Shown here in pieces: positions 55,102 through 64,000 of a DNA stretch of 64,000 nucleotides (position 1 is its first letter; every line of letters starts with the position of its first letter). Location: the IMG/VR virus record IMGVR_UViG_3300008116_000002. One strand, given 5' to 3'. Source of the DNA: a virus. Its lineage: Duplodnaviria > Caudoviricetes. The notes below the pieces were generated by a model, which had not been told where the DNA came from, did not search any database, and saw nothing but the letters and a program-made list of their open reading frames with translations. The position numbers and the translations under genes are program-made.

Positions 55102-56265
55102 ATGTCAGTAGAAAGCAAAATTAAGGAATTGCTAGGACGCGTGGATGTGAAAGCTTCGTTGAACGAAGCCGAGCAAATGGGCGCATCTAGTGTAAGTAAA
55201 GATTCCTCAATCAGTCCTAAAAATAGTGGAGATTCTTCTTCGCCTAAACAGGGTGATTCCGAAGACGCATCCTACGAGGAAAGAAACGAAAAGGACGCCA
55301 ACCAGGGCGCAATTACAGCAAAGGGTATTTCTAAAAATACTATTGCTATGAAGGCACCTGTAGGAGACGCTCCTAACTTCACTACAGTTCAAGGCACACC
55401 GAACCTAGGTGCTGATTGGCCGGCTATTCCAATGAATTCAGGAATTCGCGAGGAAGAAGAAGTCGAGGAAGAAGAAATTATCATCGAAGATGATGAGGTA
55501 ACAGATGAAACTGTTGCTGAGGATACAGAAGAAAATCTGCAGGTAGATATTTCCGCAATCTTTGGCGAAGATCTTTCCGAAGAGTTTAAGCAAAAAGCAA
55601 GCTCCATTTTCGAAGCAGCAGTTATTGCTAAAGTAAATGACGAAATGGAAAGAGTAACTCAGGCTTTAGAAGAAAGATATTCTGCGGAGTTTGAAGAATA
55701 CAAAGAAGGTATTGTTGAGAAGGTTGACGCATACCTAAACTATGTAGTTGAGAACTACATGGAAGAAAACAAACTTGCAGTTGAACAGGGACTACGTACA
55801 GAAATCGCTGAAGATTTCATGGCTGGTCTCAAGGTACTCTTTAAAGAACATTACATTGAAGTGCCTGAAGAAAAATATGATGTGATAGGTGATCTACAGA
55901 GCAAGGTAACAGAGTTAGAAGAAGGTCTAAACTATCAACTAGAGCAAAACGTTTCTTTAAATGCAGAAGTAATTTCTCTAAGAAAAAATGCTATCGTTGC
56001 TGAAATGAGCAAAGATCTAGCACATACTGATGCTAAGAGACTGTCAAAGCTTCTAGAAGGCGTTGACTTCGATAACGAAGGACTTTACAAGGAAAAGGTT
56101 GCTGTTATTAAAGAAAATTATTTCTCAGTAACAGACATTAAAAAGCCATCAGAAATGATGACACAACCTTTACTGGAAGAAACTACCGTTCAAGAAAGCT
56201 TTGAATCTAACGATGCTGTATCTTCGTATGCTAAAGCCTTATCAAGAACAATTAAAAGAGTATAA
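55102..56265 (+). CDS. gp22: Prohead scaffold gp22
   Basis: LSEEFKQKASSIFEAAV, VDAYLNYVVE, FKEHYIEVPEEK. Confidence 0.92.
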   Translation: MSVESKIKELLGRVDVKASLNEAEQMGASSVSKDSSISPKNSGDSSSPKQGDSEDASYEERNEKDANQGAITAKGISKNTIAMKAPVGDAPNFTTVQGTPNLGADWPAIPMNSGIREEEEVEEEEIIIEDDEVTDETVAEDTEENLQVDISAIFGEDLSEEFKQKASSIFEAAVIAKVNDEMERVTQALEERYSAEFEEYKEGIVEKVDAYLNYVVENYMEENKLAVEQGLRTEIAEDFMAGLKVLFKEHYIEVPEEKYDVIGDLQSKVTELEEGLNYQLEQNVSLNAEVISLRKNAIVAEMSKDLAHTDAKRLSKLLEGVDFDNEGLYKEKVAVIKENYFSVTDIKKPSEMMTQPLLEETTVQESFESNDAVSSYAKALSRTIKRV

Positions 56266-56267
56266 CT

Positions 56268-56275
56268 TATAAATA
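56268..56275 (+). promoter_or_regulatory. T4 late promoter upstream of gp23
   Basis: TATAAATA. Confidence 0.8.
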
Positions 56276-56304
56276 CATATAAGTTGTAAAAAAAGGAGAA
56301 TCAA

Positions 56305-57597
56305 ATGTTTTTATCCGAGAACTATCAAAAGAAATGGGAAGCGATCCTAGATCACCCAGATCTTCCACAAATTAAAGATTCTTACAAGCGTGCTGTTACC
56401 GCAGTATTGCTAGAGAATCAGGAAAAGTCTTTACGTGAAGAGCGTCAAGCACTATTCGAAACCCCAGTAAATAACATCAGCGCAACTGATGGTATTCAAA
56501 AGTATGACCCAATTCTTATTGGTCTAGTACGTCGTGCAATGCCTAACCTAATGGCTTATGACATTTGCGGCGTTCAGCCAATGACAGGTCCTACTGGACT
56601 AATTTTTGCGATGAGATCGCTATACGGCGGAACAACAGATACACGTGCTAATACCAGCACTCGTACTGAAGCATTGTTCAACGAAGCTAACACAAGCTTC
56701 TCCGGCGATTTCACAAACGCAACAGGCAACAATCCAGTTGACGGCACATATAACATAGGTCGCCCAATTAGCACCGGCACAATGGAAGCTAAGAGTGACT
56801 ATGCTGAAATGTCGTTCTCGATCGATAAGACAACAGTTACTGCTAAGTCACGTGCATTAAAGGCTGAGTACACTGTTGAATTGGCACAAGACTTAAAAGC
56901 AATTCATGGTCTTGATGCTGAGGCAGAACTATCGAACATCCTCTCGCAAGAGTTTATGTTTGAAATCAACCGCGAGATTGTTCGTACAATCTACAAAGTT
57001 GCTAAAGCAGGTTCGCCATCGACAGCAACTGCTGGAACTTTCGACTTAGACATCGATTCAAACGGACGTTGGTCTGTTGAGCGTTTCAAAGGTCTTCTAT
57101 TCAATATCGAACGTGATGCTAACCACATTGCTCAAGATACTCGTAGAGGAAAAGGTAACTTCATCGTTTGCTCCGCAGACGTTGCAAGTGCATTAGCTAT
57201 GTCGGGCGTTCTAGATTACGCTCCAGCATTAAGCACAAACCTAAATGTCGACGACACTGGCAATACTTTCGCAGGTGTTCTAAACGGTCGCTATCGTGTT
57301 TACATCGACCCATATTCGGCTAACCTAGGTGCAAGCAACCAGTTCTACATGGTTGGTTACAAAGGCGCAAGCCCATATGATGCAGGTATGTTCTATTGCC
57401 CATATGTTCCTCTACAAATGGTACGTGCAATTGATCCTAACAGCTTCCAGCCAAAGATCGGCTTCAAGACACGTTACGGTCTAATTGCTAACCCATATGT
57501 AACATCGGCAAATGGTTTATCGGATTCGGATGCAGATAATTTTACTGCAGATCGTAACCAATACTACCGTCGTACAAAGGTTGTTAACCTAATGTAA
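56305..57597 (+). CDS. gp23: Major capsid protein gp23
   Basis: GVQPMTGPTGLIFAMR, KSRALKAEYT-x-ELAQDLKAIHGLDAE, FYCPYVPLQM, FQPKIGFKTRYG. Confidence 0.98.
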   Translation: MFLSENYQKKWEAILDHPDLPQIKDSYKRAVTAVLLENQEKSLREERQALFETPVNNISATDGIQKYDPILIGLVRRAMPNLMAYDICGVQPMTGPTGLIFAMRSLYGGTTDTRANTSTRTEALFNEANTSFSGDFTNATGNNPVDGTYNIGRPISTGTMEAKSDYAEMSFSIDKTTVTAKSRALKAEYTVELAQDLKAIHGLDAEAELSNILSQEFMFEINREIVRTIYKVAKAGSPSTATAGTFDLDIDSNGRWSVERFKGLLFNIERDANHIAQDTRRGKGNFIVCSADVASALAMSGVLDYAPALSTNLNVDDTGNTFAGVLNGRYRVYIDPYSANLGASNQFYMVGYKGASPYDAGMFYCPYVPLQMVRAIDPNSFQPKIGFKTRYGLIANPYVTSANGLSDSDADNFTADRNQYYRRTKVVNLM

Positions 57598-57621
57598 TAA
57601 ACCGACGTTAAGATCGGACTT

Positions 57622-57647
57622 AAGGGGGAAGAAATTCCCCCTTTTTT
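57622..57647 (+). terminator. Intrinsic terminator after gp23
   Basis: AAGGGGGAA-GAAA-TTCCCCCTT followed by a T run. Confidence 0.88.
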
Positions 57648-57662
57648 ATTGTATTACGCGGC

Positions 57663-57670
57663 TATAAATA
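57663..57670 (+). promoter_or_regulatory. T4 late promoter upstream of gp3
   Basis: TATAAATA. Confidence 0.8.
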
Positions 57671-57692
57671 ATAGTAATAAGTAAGGAGAAGT

Positions 57693-58280
57693 ATGGCGTT
57701 TACTGCAAATATTGGCGAAATTAAACAGAGCTTAGTAAGCAGCGTTGCAACAACGTATGATTATCTAAGACCAAACGCCTTTAGATTTAGTATTAAGGAT
57801 TTGCCAAGAACTTCCTTTACTTGTCAATCCGCAAATCTTCCAGATATGCAATTAGGATTTGCAACACAACCTACACCTTTTGTTGACATTCCTACAATAG
57901 GTGATAAAATAAACTTCGGAGAATTCACCATCAGATTTTTGGTTTCCGAGGATATGTCAAATTATTTAGAATTGTATCGTTGGTTATTAGCTCTTGGATT
58001 TCCAAATGATTATAATCAATTTAAAGCTTTTACCGAAAAACGGCCAAGTAGATTTCCATTTGTTACTAAATTAAATGGACAGGAAGAAGTTTTGGCATAC
58101 TCGGATGGTACTTTGACTATTTTAGACTCGACAAATAATCCTAAAGTTAATATAATATTTAAAAATCTGTTCCCTATATCATTGCAAAGTTTAGATTTTG
58201 ATATCGCATCACAAACCGTAGAATACTTTACTGCAATTGCCACATTTAAGTATACATTTTTCGAAGTAGAACCTTTATAA
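57693..58280 (+). CDS. gp3: Tail completion protein gp3
   Basis: YLRPNAFRF, CQSANLP, FLVSEDMSNYLELYRW, FKNLFPISL. Confidence 0.9.
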   Translation: MAFTANIGEIKQSLVSSVATTYDYLRPNAFRFSIKDLPRTSFTCQSANLPDMQLGFATQPTPFVDIPTIGDKINFGEFTIRFLVSEDMSNYLELYRWLLALGFPNDYNQFKAFTEKRPSRFPFVTKLNGQEEVLAYSDGTLTILDSTNNPKVNIIFKNLFPISLQSLDFDIASQTVEYFTAIATFKYTFFEVEPL

Positions 58281-58295
58281 TAAATTGGAGTTATT

Positions 58296-59174
58296 ATGAA
58301 TAAAAAAGTAAAACCAATGCCGTTGCCTTCTATTCCTCAGTTGCCAAAAGCAGGAGAAGCACAGCAAGCTCAAAACCAGGGACGTCTTGAAGTAAAAATT
58401 GATGATTTGAGAAAAGAAAGAATTTTCATTGCAACTCCTTGCTATGGAGGCCAACTAACTGAGGCGTATTTTAGATCGACAATTCGACTTCTAACATTCT
58501 GCAATCAACATCAAATTCCTGTAGCATTCGGAACGATTGCAAATGAATCTTTAGTTACCCGTGCAAGAAATGTACTTGTAGCATATTTTCTACAAAGCAA
58601 CTTTACCCGCCTAATGTTCATTGATGCGGATATTGAATTTCAACTTGAAGATGTTATCAAGTTAATTGCACATGACAAAGATGTTGTTGTTGGTGCATAT
58701 CCTAAGAAAGGTGTTAATTGGCAGCGTATTCGTGAAAGCGTACGAGGAACACATGATTCTTTAGATGATAAGCAAATTGCTTCTTTTGGGAGTGACTATG
58801 CTATTAATTTTAAATTCATTAATCGTGATGCAAAACAGATTGCTATTGAGAACGGTCTAATTCGTTTACATGACGGTGCAACAGGCTTCATGATGATTAA
58901 GCGCGAAGTCATTGATAAAATGATTGAAGCATATCCTGAACTTAAATACAACAACGATCTAAATACTCCTAAAGAATTGGATCCCCACTTCTATGCTTTC
59001 TTCGACACAATGATCGATCCGAAAGACAAGCGTTATCTTTCTGAGGATTATACCTTCAGCCGTAGATGGCAAGACATCGGCGGAGAAATTTGGCTTGATC
59101 CTTCAATCTCCCTAAACCACTATGGTTCATTCAACTTCCAAGGTAATCCTTCGCAAATTATTCAAGTAGGATAA
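58296..59174 (+). CDS. GT-A fold glycosyltransferase-like protein
   Basis: IFIATPCYGG, ESLVTRARN, FIDADI (DxD), YLSEDYTF, LNHYG. Confidence 0.7.
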   Translation: MNKKVKPMPLPSIPQLPKAGEAQQAQNQGRLEVKIDDLRKERIFIATPCYGGQLTEAYFRSTIRLLTFCNQHQIPVAFGTIANESLVTRARNVLVAYFLQSNFTRLMFIDADIEFQLEDVIKLIAHDKDVVVGAYPKKGVNWQRIRESVRGTHDSLDDKQIASFGSDYAINFKFINRDAKQIAIENGLIRLHDGATGFMMIKREVIDKMIEAYPELKYNNDLNTPKELDPHFYAFFDTMIDPKDKRYLSEDYTFSRRWQDIGGEIWLDPSISLNHYGSFNFQGNPSQIIQVG

Positions 59175-59175
59175 T

Positions 59176-59616
59176 ATGAAACTTACTGATCTGCAGCAAG
59201 CTTGGGCAGAGGATTGTAAAATAGATGAAATGAATCTTGGAAAGGAGTCCGCAAGGACTCCTAATCTACATTCTAAGTATTTAAATTATCTAACTTCTAC
59301 CCGGCTTAATTTAAGAAAAGCTGAATCAGATTATTTTAATATGAGGCGGCTTAAGTACAAATACTATCGGGGCGAACTTACTCAAGAAGAGCTTGTAGAT
59401 ACAGGATGGGTACAGTGGCAAGGAAACAAACCATTAAAAAATGAAATGGACGAGTTTCTGCAATGCGATAAAGACTTAATTGAATTGCAGGATAAAATTG
59501 AATATTTCAAAACAGTACTATATCAGTTGGAACAAATTATTCGTTCCTTAAATAGTAGAACATGGGATATTAAAAACTGCATCGAGTGGAACAAATTTAC
59601 TAGCGGTATGATTTAA
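59176..59616 (+). CDS. uvsY: Recombination mediator UvsY
   Basis: WAEDCKID...PNLHSKYL...YKYYRGE...IKNCIEW-x-KF-x-SG. Confidence 0.92.
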   Translation: MKLTDLQQAWAEDCKIDEMNLGKESARTPNLHSKYLNYLTSTRLNLRKAESDYFNMRRLKYKYYRGELTQEELVDTGWVQWQGNKPLKNEMDEFLQCDKDLIELQDKIEYFKTVLYQLEQIIRSLNSRTWDIKNCIEWNKFTSGMI

Positions 59617-61103
59617 TGACAGCAGAAGATATCATAGTAGTTAAAAAAGACGAAGTACATGTAAAAGTTTATTGTGAGCCTTCTATTGCACAAGAACTTA
59701 ATGATTACTTCTCCTTTGATGTACCGGGAGCAAAATTTCATCCATTGTACAAATCTCGTATGTGGGATGGTAAGGTTAGATTGTTCTCAATGTTTACCAA
59801 AGAAATATATGCTGGTCTAAAAGATTATGTAGAGACATTTGCGAAGGAAAGAGAATATTCTTATAAAGATGCAGTAACTCCTGTATTCAAAGATCCTGTT
59901 ACATATGAAGATATAGAACAGTTCTGCAAAGAATTAAATCTCGCTTCTAGAGGACAACCTATCGAAATACGAGAATACCAAATAGAAGCGGTATATAGAG
60001 CTATTGCAGATGGAAGAAGATTATTGCTTTCACCAACTGGTTCAGGTAAGTCTTTAATCATATATTGCTTAATTCGATGGCATGAAAAGTTTGGTCGAAG
60101 ACAAGTAATTCTTGTTCCTACTACCTCATTAGTTGAACAGATGTATTCAGACTTTCAAGACTATTCTTCAATTAATGGTTGGAAGGCATCTAATCATTGC
60201 CATAGAATTTATGGTGGCCATGAAAAATCAAATGAGTTTGATGTAGTTATTAGTACATGGCAATCTTTATATAAATTACCAAAAAGTTTCTTTGAAGGGT
60301 TTCAAACAATATATGGCGACGAAGCTCATTTATTCAAGGCAAAGTCCTTAACCAGTATTCTAAATAAATGTACAGGTTCTCCTTACCGCATTGGCACAAC
60401 AGGAACTTTGGATGGAACTAAAACTCACAGATTAGTTCTTGAGGGAATATTTGGGCCTGTTCTAAAAGTCACAACAACAAAACAACTTATTTCTGATAAG
60501 ACTTTAGCTGATCTTAAAATTTTTAATATTATTTTAGAATATCCTGACGAAATAAAAAAAGCGGTTAAGAAGAATACCTATCAAGAAGAAATGGACTTTC
60601 TTGTTCAACATGAACCAAGAAATAAGTTTATACGAAATCTTGCATTGAAACAAACTAATAATACCTTAGTACTTTTTCAGTTTGTAGAAAAACACGGCAA
60701 AGCTCTTTTTGAAATGATACAACAAAAAGAGCCCGAAAGAAAAGTGTTTTTTGTATATGGTGGAACAGATGCAGAGCAAAGAGAGGAAATACGAGGATTG
60801 ACAGAGAAAGAAAAGAATGCTATTATTGTGGCATCATATGGAACATTTTCTACGGGGATAAATATTAAAAACCTACATAGCATAATTTTTGCTTCTCCTT
60901 CAAAGTCTCGTATACGTAATTTGCAATCTATTGGTCGAGGTTTGCGAACAAGTGAAAATAAAGAAGCTTGTACTTTATATGATATCGGTGATGATTTAAC
61001 TTGGAAAACGAAAAAGAATTATACCTTATTACATATGATAGAAAGAATTAAAATTTATAATGATGAACACTTCAATTATAAAATCATAAAGGTATCATTA
61101 TAA
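59616..61103 (+). CDS. uvsW: RNA-DNA / DNA-DNA helicase UvsW
   Basis: SPTGSGKS, STWQS, GDEAH, GTTGT, ASYGTFSTGINI, QSIGRGLR. Confidence 0.96.
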   Translation: MTAEDIIVVKKDEVHVKVYCEPSIAQELNDYFSFDVPGAKFHPLYKSRMWDGKVRLFSMFTKEIYAGLKDYVETFAKEREYSYKDAVTPVFKDPVTYEDIEQFCKELNLASRGQPIEIREYQIEAVYRAIADGRRLLLSPTGSGKSLIIYCLIRWHEKFGRRQVILVPTTSLVEQMYSDFQDYSSINGWKASNHCHRIYGGHEKSNEFDVVISTWQSLYKLPKSFFEGFQTIYGDEAHLFKAKSLTSILNKCTGSPYRIGTTGTLDGTKTHRLVLEGIFGPVLKVTTTKQLISDKTLADLKIFNIILEYPDEIKKAVKKNTYQEEMDFLVQHEPRNKFIRNLALKQTNNTLVLFQFVEKHGKALFEMIQQKEPERKVFFVYGGTDAEQREEIRGLTEKEKNAIIVASYGTFSTGINIKNLHSIIFASPSKSRIRNLQSIGRGLRTSENKEACTLYDIGDDLTWKTKKNYTLLHMIERIKIYNDEHFNYKIIKVSL

Positions 61104-61603
61104 TGGAACAATCAAACGTCGTACTCATAAAATTAATAACAGGCGAAAATGTTGTCTGCGAAACAAATGAGGATTGCGATTCTTATATCGAAAAAAAGTT
61201 TATTGATATCTACAATCCTGTGTTGGTAAATGTTTTAAGAATGCCAAGGGGAACTAATCTTGTAGAATCCTATATTATGATGCCCTGGGTAGGATTCGCA
61301 AAAACAGATTTTTGTAGAATAGCTGCAGATAAAGTTATTACTTTAGTAGATGTAGAAGATGGTATACGAGATAACTATATAGATTTTGTAGAAAGACGTA
61401 AAGAAGAACAGGAGGAGGATTCTGAGGATGAAGGCGGTGTTAAGTTTTTAGAATCCCCAAATGAAACAGAAATGGAAATTGAAGAATTTCTTGAACAAGC
61501 CTTAGAAAAATTAGGAGATAACCTTGAAGAAGACGAAGAATACGATGGAAGAGAAGATTCCTATTTTGGAAGAGTTAGAAGAAGTACAAGAACTCTCCAC
61601 TAA
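61103..61603 (+). CDS. Conserved hypothetical protein between uvsW and gp55
   Basis: IKLITGENVVC...MMPW core with acidic tail; conserved T4-like synteny. Confidence 0.65.
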   Translation: MEQSNVVLIKLITGENVVCETNEDCDSYIEKKFIDIYNPVLVNVLRMPRGTNLVESYIMMPWVGFAKTDFCRIAADKVITLVDVEDGIRDNYIDFVERRKEEQEEDSEDEGGVKFLESPNETEMEIEEFLEQALEKLGDNLEEDEEYDGREDSYFGRVRRSTRTLH

Positions 61604-62150
61604 GCAACCTGCAGAGCCTGCTCATTATGTAGACAATAAAAAGTTTTTACAGGCTCTTATAGACTACAGAAAATTAATAGATGCAGCCAATGCTGCAGGT
61701 GAAGAAATTCCTAGAGTTCCTGATTATATAGGTGAGTGCTTTGTTAAGATTGCTACACACTTATCATATAAATCAAACTTCATTAATTACACTTTCCGAG
61801 ATGATATGATTTCGGACGGCATAGAAAATTGTTTAACTGCCGCCGCAAAATTTGATCCTTCAAAATCATCCAATCCATTTGCTTATTATACCCAAATCAT
61901 TTATTTTGCCTTTATTCGTAGAATACAAAAAGAGAAAAAGCATCAGGCGACTAAATACAAAATAATTGAAAACTTAGATTTAGATTCAATTATTCAACAA
62001 AATGATGACAGCGAATCTGCAAGACAATTGATAGAGTTTTTGAAAAAACAATTGGATGGAATCGATCCCGAAAAAAGAGAAACTCCTGCTCAAACCAAAG
62101 CTAGAAAAAAGAAACAGTCTGAACCATCTATGGACTTTTTGGATGAATAA
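61524..62150 (+). CDS. gp55: Late sigma factor gp55
   Basis: HYVDNKKF, YIGECFVKIATHLSYKSNF-x-NY, DMISDGIENC, NPFAYYTQIIYFAF-x-RRIQKEKK; start TTG 61524 or ATG 61545. Confidence 0.95.
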   Translation: MKKTKNTMEEKIPILEELEEVQELSTKQPAEPAHYVDNKKFLQALIDYRKLIDAANAAGEEIPRVPDYIGECFVKIATHLSYKSNFINYTFRDDMISDGIENCLTAAAKFDPSKSSNPFAYYTQIIYFAFIRRIQKEKKHQATKYKIIENLDLDSIIQQNDDSESARQLIEFLKKQLDGIDPEKRETPAQTKARKKKQSEPSMDFLDE

Positions 62151-62153
62151 TAT

Positions 62154-62750
62154 ATGGATCATGATTTAGAATTTGAGAAGCAATATTGGAATACTTGCGT
62201 TAATACTTTTTATGAGGACAAGAAGCAGTATACATATGCTAGTTATATGGGATTAACTAGAATGTGGGATAGTTTTGATGTACAACATAAAACCATTCTG
62301 GATATTGGTGGCGGTCCTAGTAGTATGCTTTTGCGATGCGTAAATTTAAAAAAAGGAAAGATAGTAGATCCCATAGATTATCCGCAATGGACAAAAGATA
62401 GATATGCAATTCATAATGTAGATGTTGAAGTAAACTATGGTGAAAATATAAATGAAAAAGGTTGGGATGAGGTTTGGATATATAATTGTTTACAACATGT
62501 TGAAAGTCCAGAAAAAATATTATTGAATGCGTTGAAGGCGGGAAAATTACTAAGACTTTTTGAATGGATAAACATTCCTCCGCATCCCGGACATCCTCAC
62601 GAGTTGACTTCTTCACTATTTTATAATATACTTACGGATGTTACTAAAACTAAATACTCCAGTGTAGTGAATCTTTGGGACGAGCCTTCGGCTTGTTATG
62701 GTGAAGCTTTTTATGATGTTTTTGAATCGTTAATATATGAGCAAAATTAA
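62154..62750 (+). CDS. Class I SAM-dependent methyltransferase
   Basis: ILDIGGGPSS (motif I), VDP, YNCLQHV...P. Confidence 0.75.
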   Translation: MDHDLEFEKQYWNTCVNTFYEDKKQYTYASYMGLTRMWDSFDVQHKTILDIGGGPSSMLLRCVNLKKGKIVDPIDYPQWTKDRYAIHNVDVEVNYGENINEKGWDEVWIYNCLQHVESPEKILLNALKAGKLLRLFEWINIPPHPGHPHELTSSLFYNILTDVTKTKYSSVVNLWDEPSACYGEAFYDVFESLIYEQN

Positions 62751-63591
62751 AGTATCTGAATTATTTTATTCTATCCAAGGTGAGGGGCGTTATATGGGCG
62801 TCCCTTCAATCTTTCTTAGAACCTTCGGTTGTAATTTTACATGCGATGGATTTGGTGTACCGAAAGGATTTGTAAATCATGCGCGAGACATTGTCGCCAA
62901 AGACGTTCATCTTTATAAGACTTATAAAGAGCTTCCTCTTGTATCCACTGGTTGTGATTCATACGCTAGTTGGGATCCTCGTTTCAAGCATCTTTCTCCC
63001 GTTCTATCTTGTGACAGTGTTGCCGAGGCAATTGTCGAACTACTTCCACACAAAGAGTGGAAAGACGAACATCTAGTTATTACGGGTGGAGAACCCTTAT
63101 TGGGTTGGCAAAAAGCATACCCACTATTGTTAGAGCATCCTAAGATGAAAAATTTGGATGAACTAACTTTTGAGACTAATGGTACTCAGCGTTTGAATCC
63201 TGAGTTAGAAGAATATCTATTTCAGGAATGGACTCGGTTTGGTCGAGACTATGATAAGTTAACTTTTTCAGTATCGCCTAAATTATCGGTATCGGGTGAA
63301 TCAAAAGAAGATGCTTTGAAACCTGAAGTAATTAAACAGTATCAGGATGTAGGATATACTTATCTAAAGTTTGTTGTGGCTTCGGAAGAGGATTTAAATG
63401 AAGCTGAAGAATGGATTGAGGAATATAAAAAGGCAGGCTTTAGTGGCCCAGTATATTTTATGCCGGTAGGTGGAGTCGAATCTGTTTACGTCTTAAATAA
63501 TAAGAAGGTGGCAGAGTTGGCGTTGAAAAGAGGTTATAGGTATTCTGATAGATTGCAGGTGCCTTTATTTAAAAATGAATGGGGCACTTAA
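62737..63591 (+). CDS. queE: 7-carboxy-7-deazaguanine synthase (radical SAM)
   Basis: ELFYSIQGEG...FLRTFGCNFTC...CDS, VITGGEPLL, FETNGT, SPKL, RLQV. Confidence 0.9.
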   Translation: MSKIKVSELFYSIQGEGRYMGVPSIFLRTFGCNFTCDGFGVPKGFVNHARDIVAKDVHLYKTYKELPLVSTGCDSYASWDPRFKHLSPVLSCDSVAEAIVELLPHKEWKDEHLVITGGEPLLGWQKAYPLLLEHPKMKNLDELTFETNGTQRLNPELEEYLFQEWTRFGRDYDKLTFSVSPKLSVSGESKEDALKPEVIKQYQDVGYTYLKFVVASEEDLNEAEEWIEEYKKAGFSGPVYFMPVGGVESVYVLNNKKVAELALKRGYRYSDRLQVPLFKNEWGT

Positions 63592-63768
63592 ATGTATGAA
63601 ACTCATAAACGAACTTTTTTAAGAGCAGTAACTTGGAGAATAGTTGCTACTCTTGTTACTGCAATATGGACAGGATTAAGCGGAGCCATTATTATAAACA
63701 TTTTTATGACAGTGGCACACTATATACATGAACGGGCATGGCTCAAGGTGAAGTGGGGAAGATTTTAA
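63592..63768 (+). CDS. DUF2061-like small membrane protein (not in ORF track)
   Basis: METH-like start MYETHKRTFLRAVTWRIVATLVT...HYIHERAWLKVKWG. Confidence 0.75.
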   Translation: MYETHKRTFLRAVTWRIVATLVTAIWTGLSGAIIINIFMTVAHYIHERAWLKVKWGRF

Positions 63769-64000
63769 ATGAGATATTCTTTTCAGGAGTTTGATGAAGA
63801 TATACATTATCTAGTTAAACAAATAGAACAATCTTCAAAAAAATATGATTATGTGGTTGGTATTAAACGAGGTGGTCTAATACCCGCAGTTTGTATCTCT
63901 AATGCATTAAAGGTTCCATTATATAGTTTATCTTGGTCTACTAGAGATTTTCCATATAGTGATACTCATAATTCAGCTCTTGCCCCACTCTCAAAAATAC
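63769..64000 (+). CDS. Purine (xanthine-guanine type) phosphoribosyltransferase, 3' truncated by window edge
   Basis: MRYSFQEFDEDI...VVGIKRGGLIPAVCISNAL matches the type I PRTase N-terminal [AI]RGG motif; PRPP loop lies outside the window. Confidence 0.65.
   Translation, partial: MRYSFQEFDEDIHYLVKQIEQSSKKYDYVVGIKRGGLIPAVCISNALKVPLYSLSWSTRDFPYSDTHNSALAPLSKI

Noticed and set aside
44881-57597. Introns, inteins or homing endonucleases in terminase, portal, protease or capsid genes
   Set aside because: These ORFs are continuous and of ordinary length, with no LAGLIDADG, GIY-YIG, HNH or intein motifs seen.
57601-57620. Small CCGA/TCGG hairpin between gp23 stop and terminator
   Set aside because: Only 4-5 bp; not distinguishable from chance.
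1-64000. CRISPR array, diversity-generating retroelement, integrase or transposon
   Set aside because: No regularly spaced repeats, reverse transcriptase, adenine-specific TR/VR pair or recombinase recognised by eye; the adhesin repeat differs at mixed bases, mostly synonymous.

Overview
A 64-kb AT-rich segment of a T4-like myovirus genome, probably an uncultured aquatic phage of a non-enteric proteobacterial host (host is inference). Order: receptor-binding tip genes (beta-propeller tip, gp38-like adhesin); a sigma70-driven early/middle block (exonuclease, permuted two-piece tmRNA, 2OG-Fe(II) oxygenase, heme oxygenase plus PcyX/PcyA-like bilin reductase, gp33, gp59, gp32); a minus-strand late block (putative tape measure, gp51-like, gp26, gp54-like, gp2, gp4); the baseplate, tail fibre, neck, terminase, tail and head module (gp48 to gp23, gp3); then uvsY, uvsW, gp55 and the start of a queE / phosphoribosyltransferase cluster. 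Most notable: (1) tandem -1 slippery heptamers that would fuse gp26 to a gp51-like frame lacking a good start, just upstream of the tape-measure-like gene (lambda G/GT-like arrangement); (2) a perfect 84-bp inverted copy of gp33 abutting a 19-bp copy of the tape-measure gene, right behind the gp32 terminator; (3) a permuted tmRNA with tag ANDEYYALAA; (4) split gp7 and VrlC genes carrying an S8 protease, duplicated DUF4214-like domains, a hydrophobic segment and an S74 chaperone; (5) a 751-aa head protein that looks like a gp21-cleaved polyprotein. All family assignments come from motif recognition by eye; no database searches were run.
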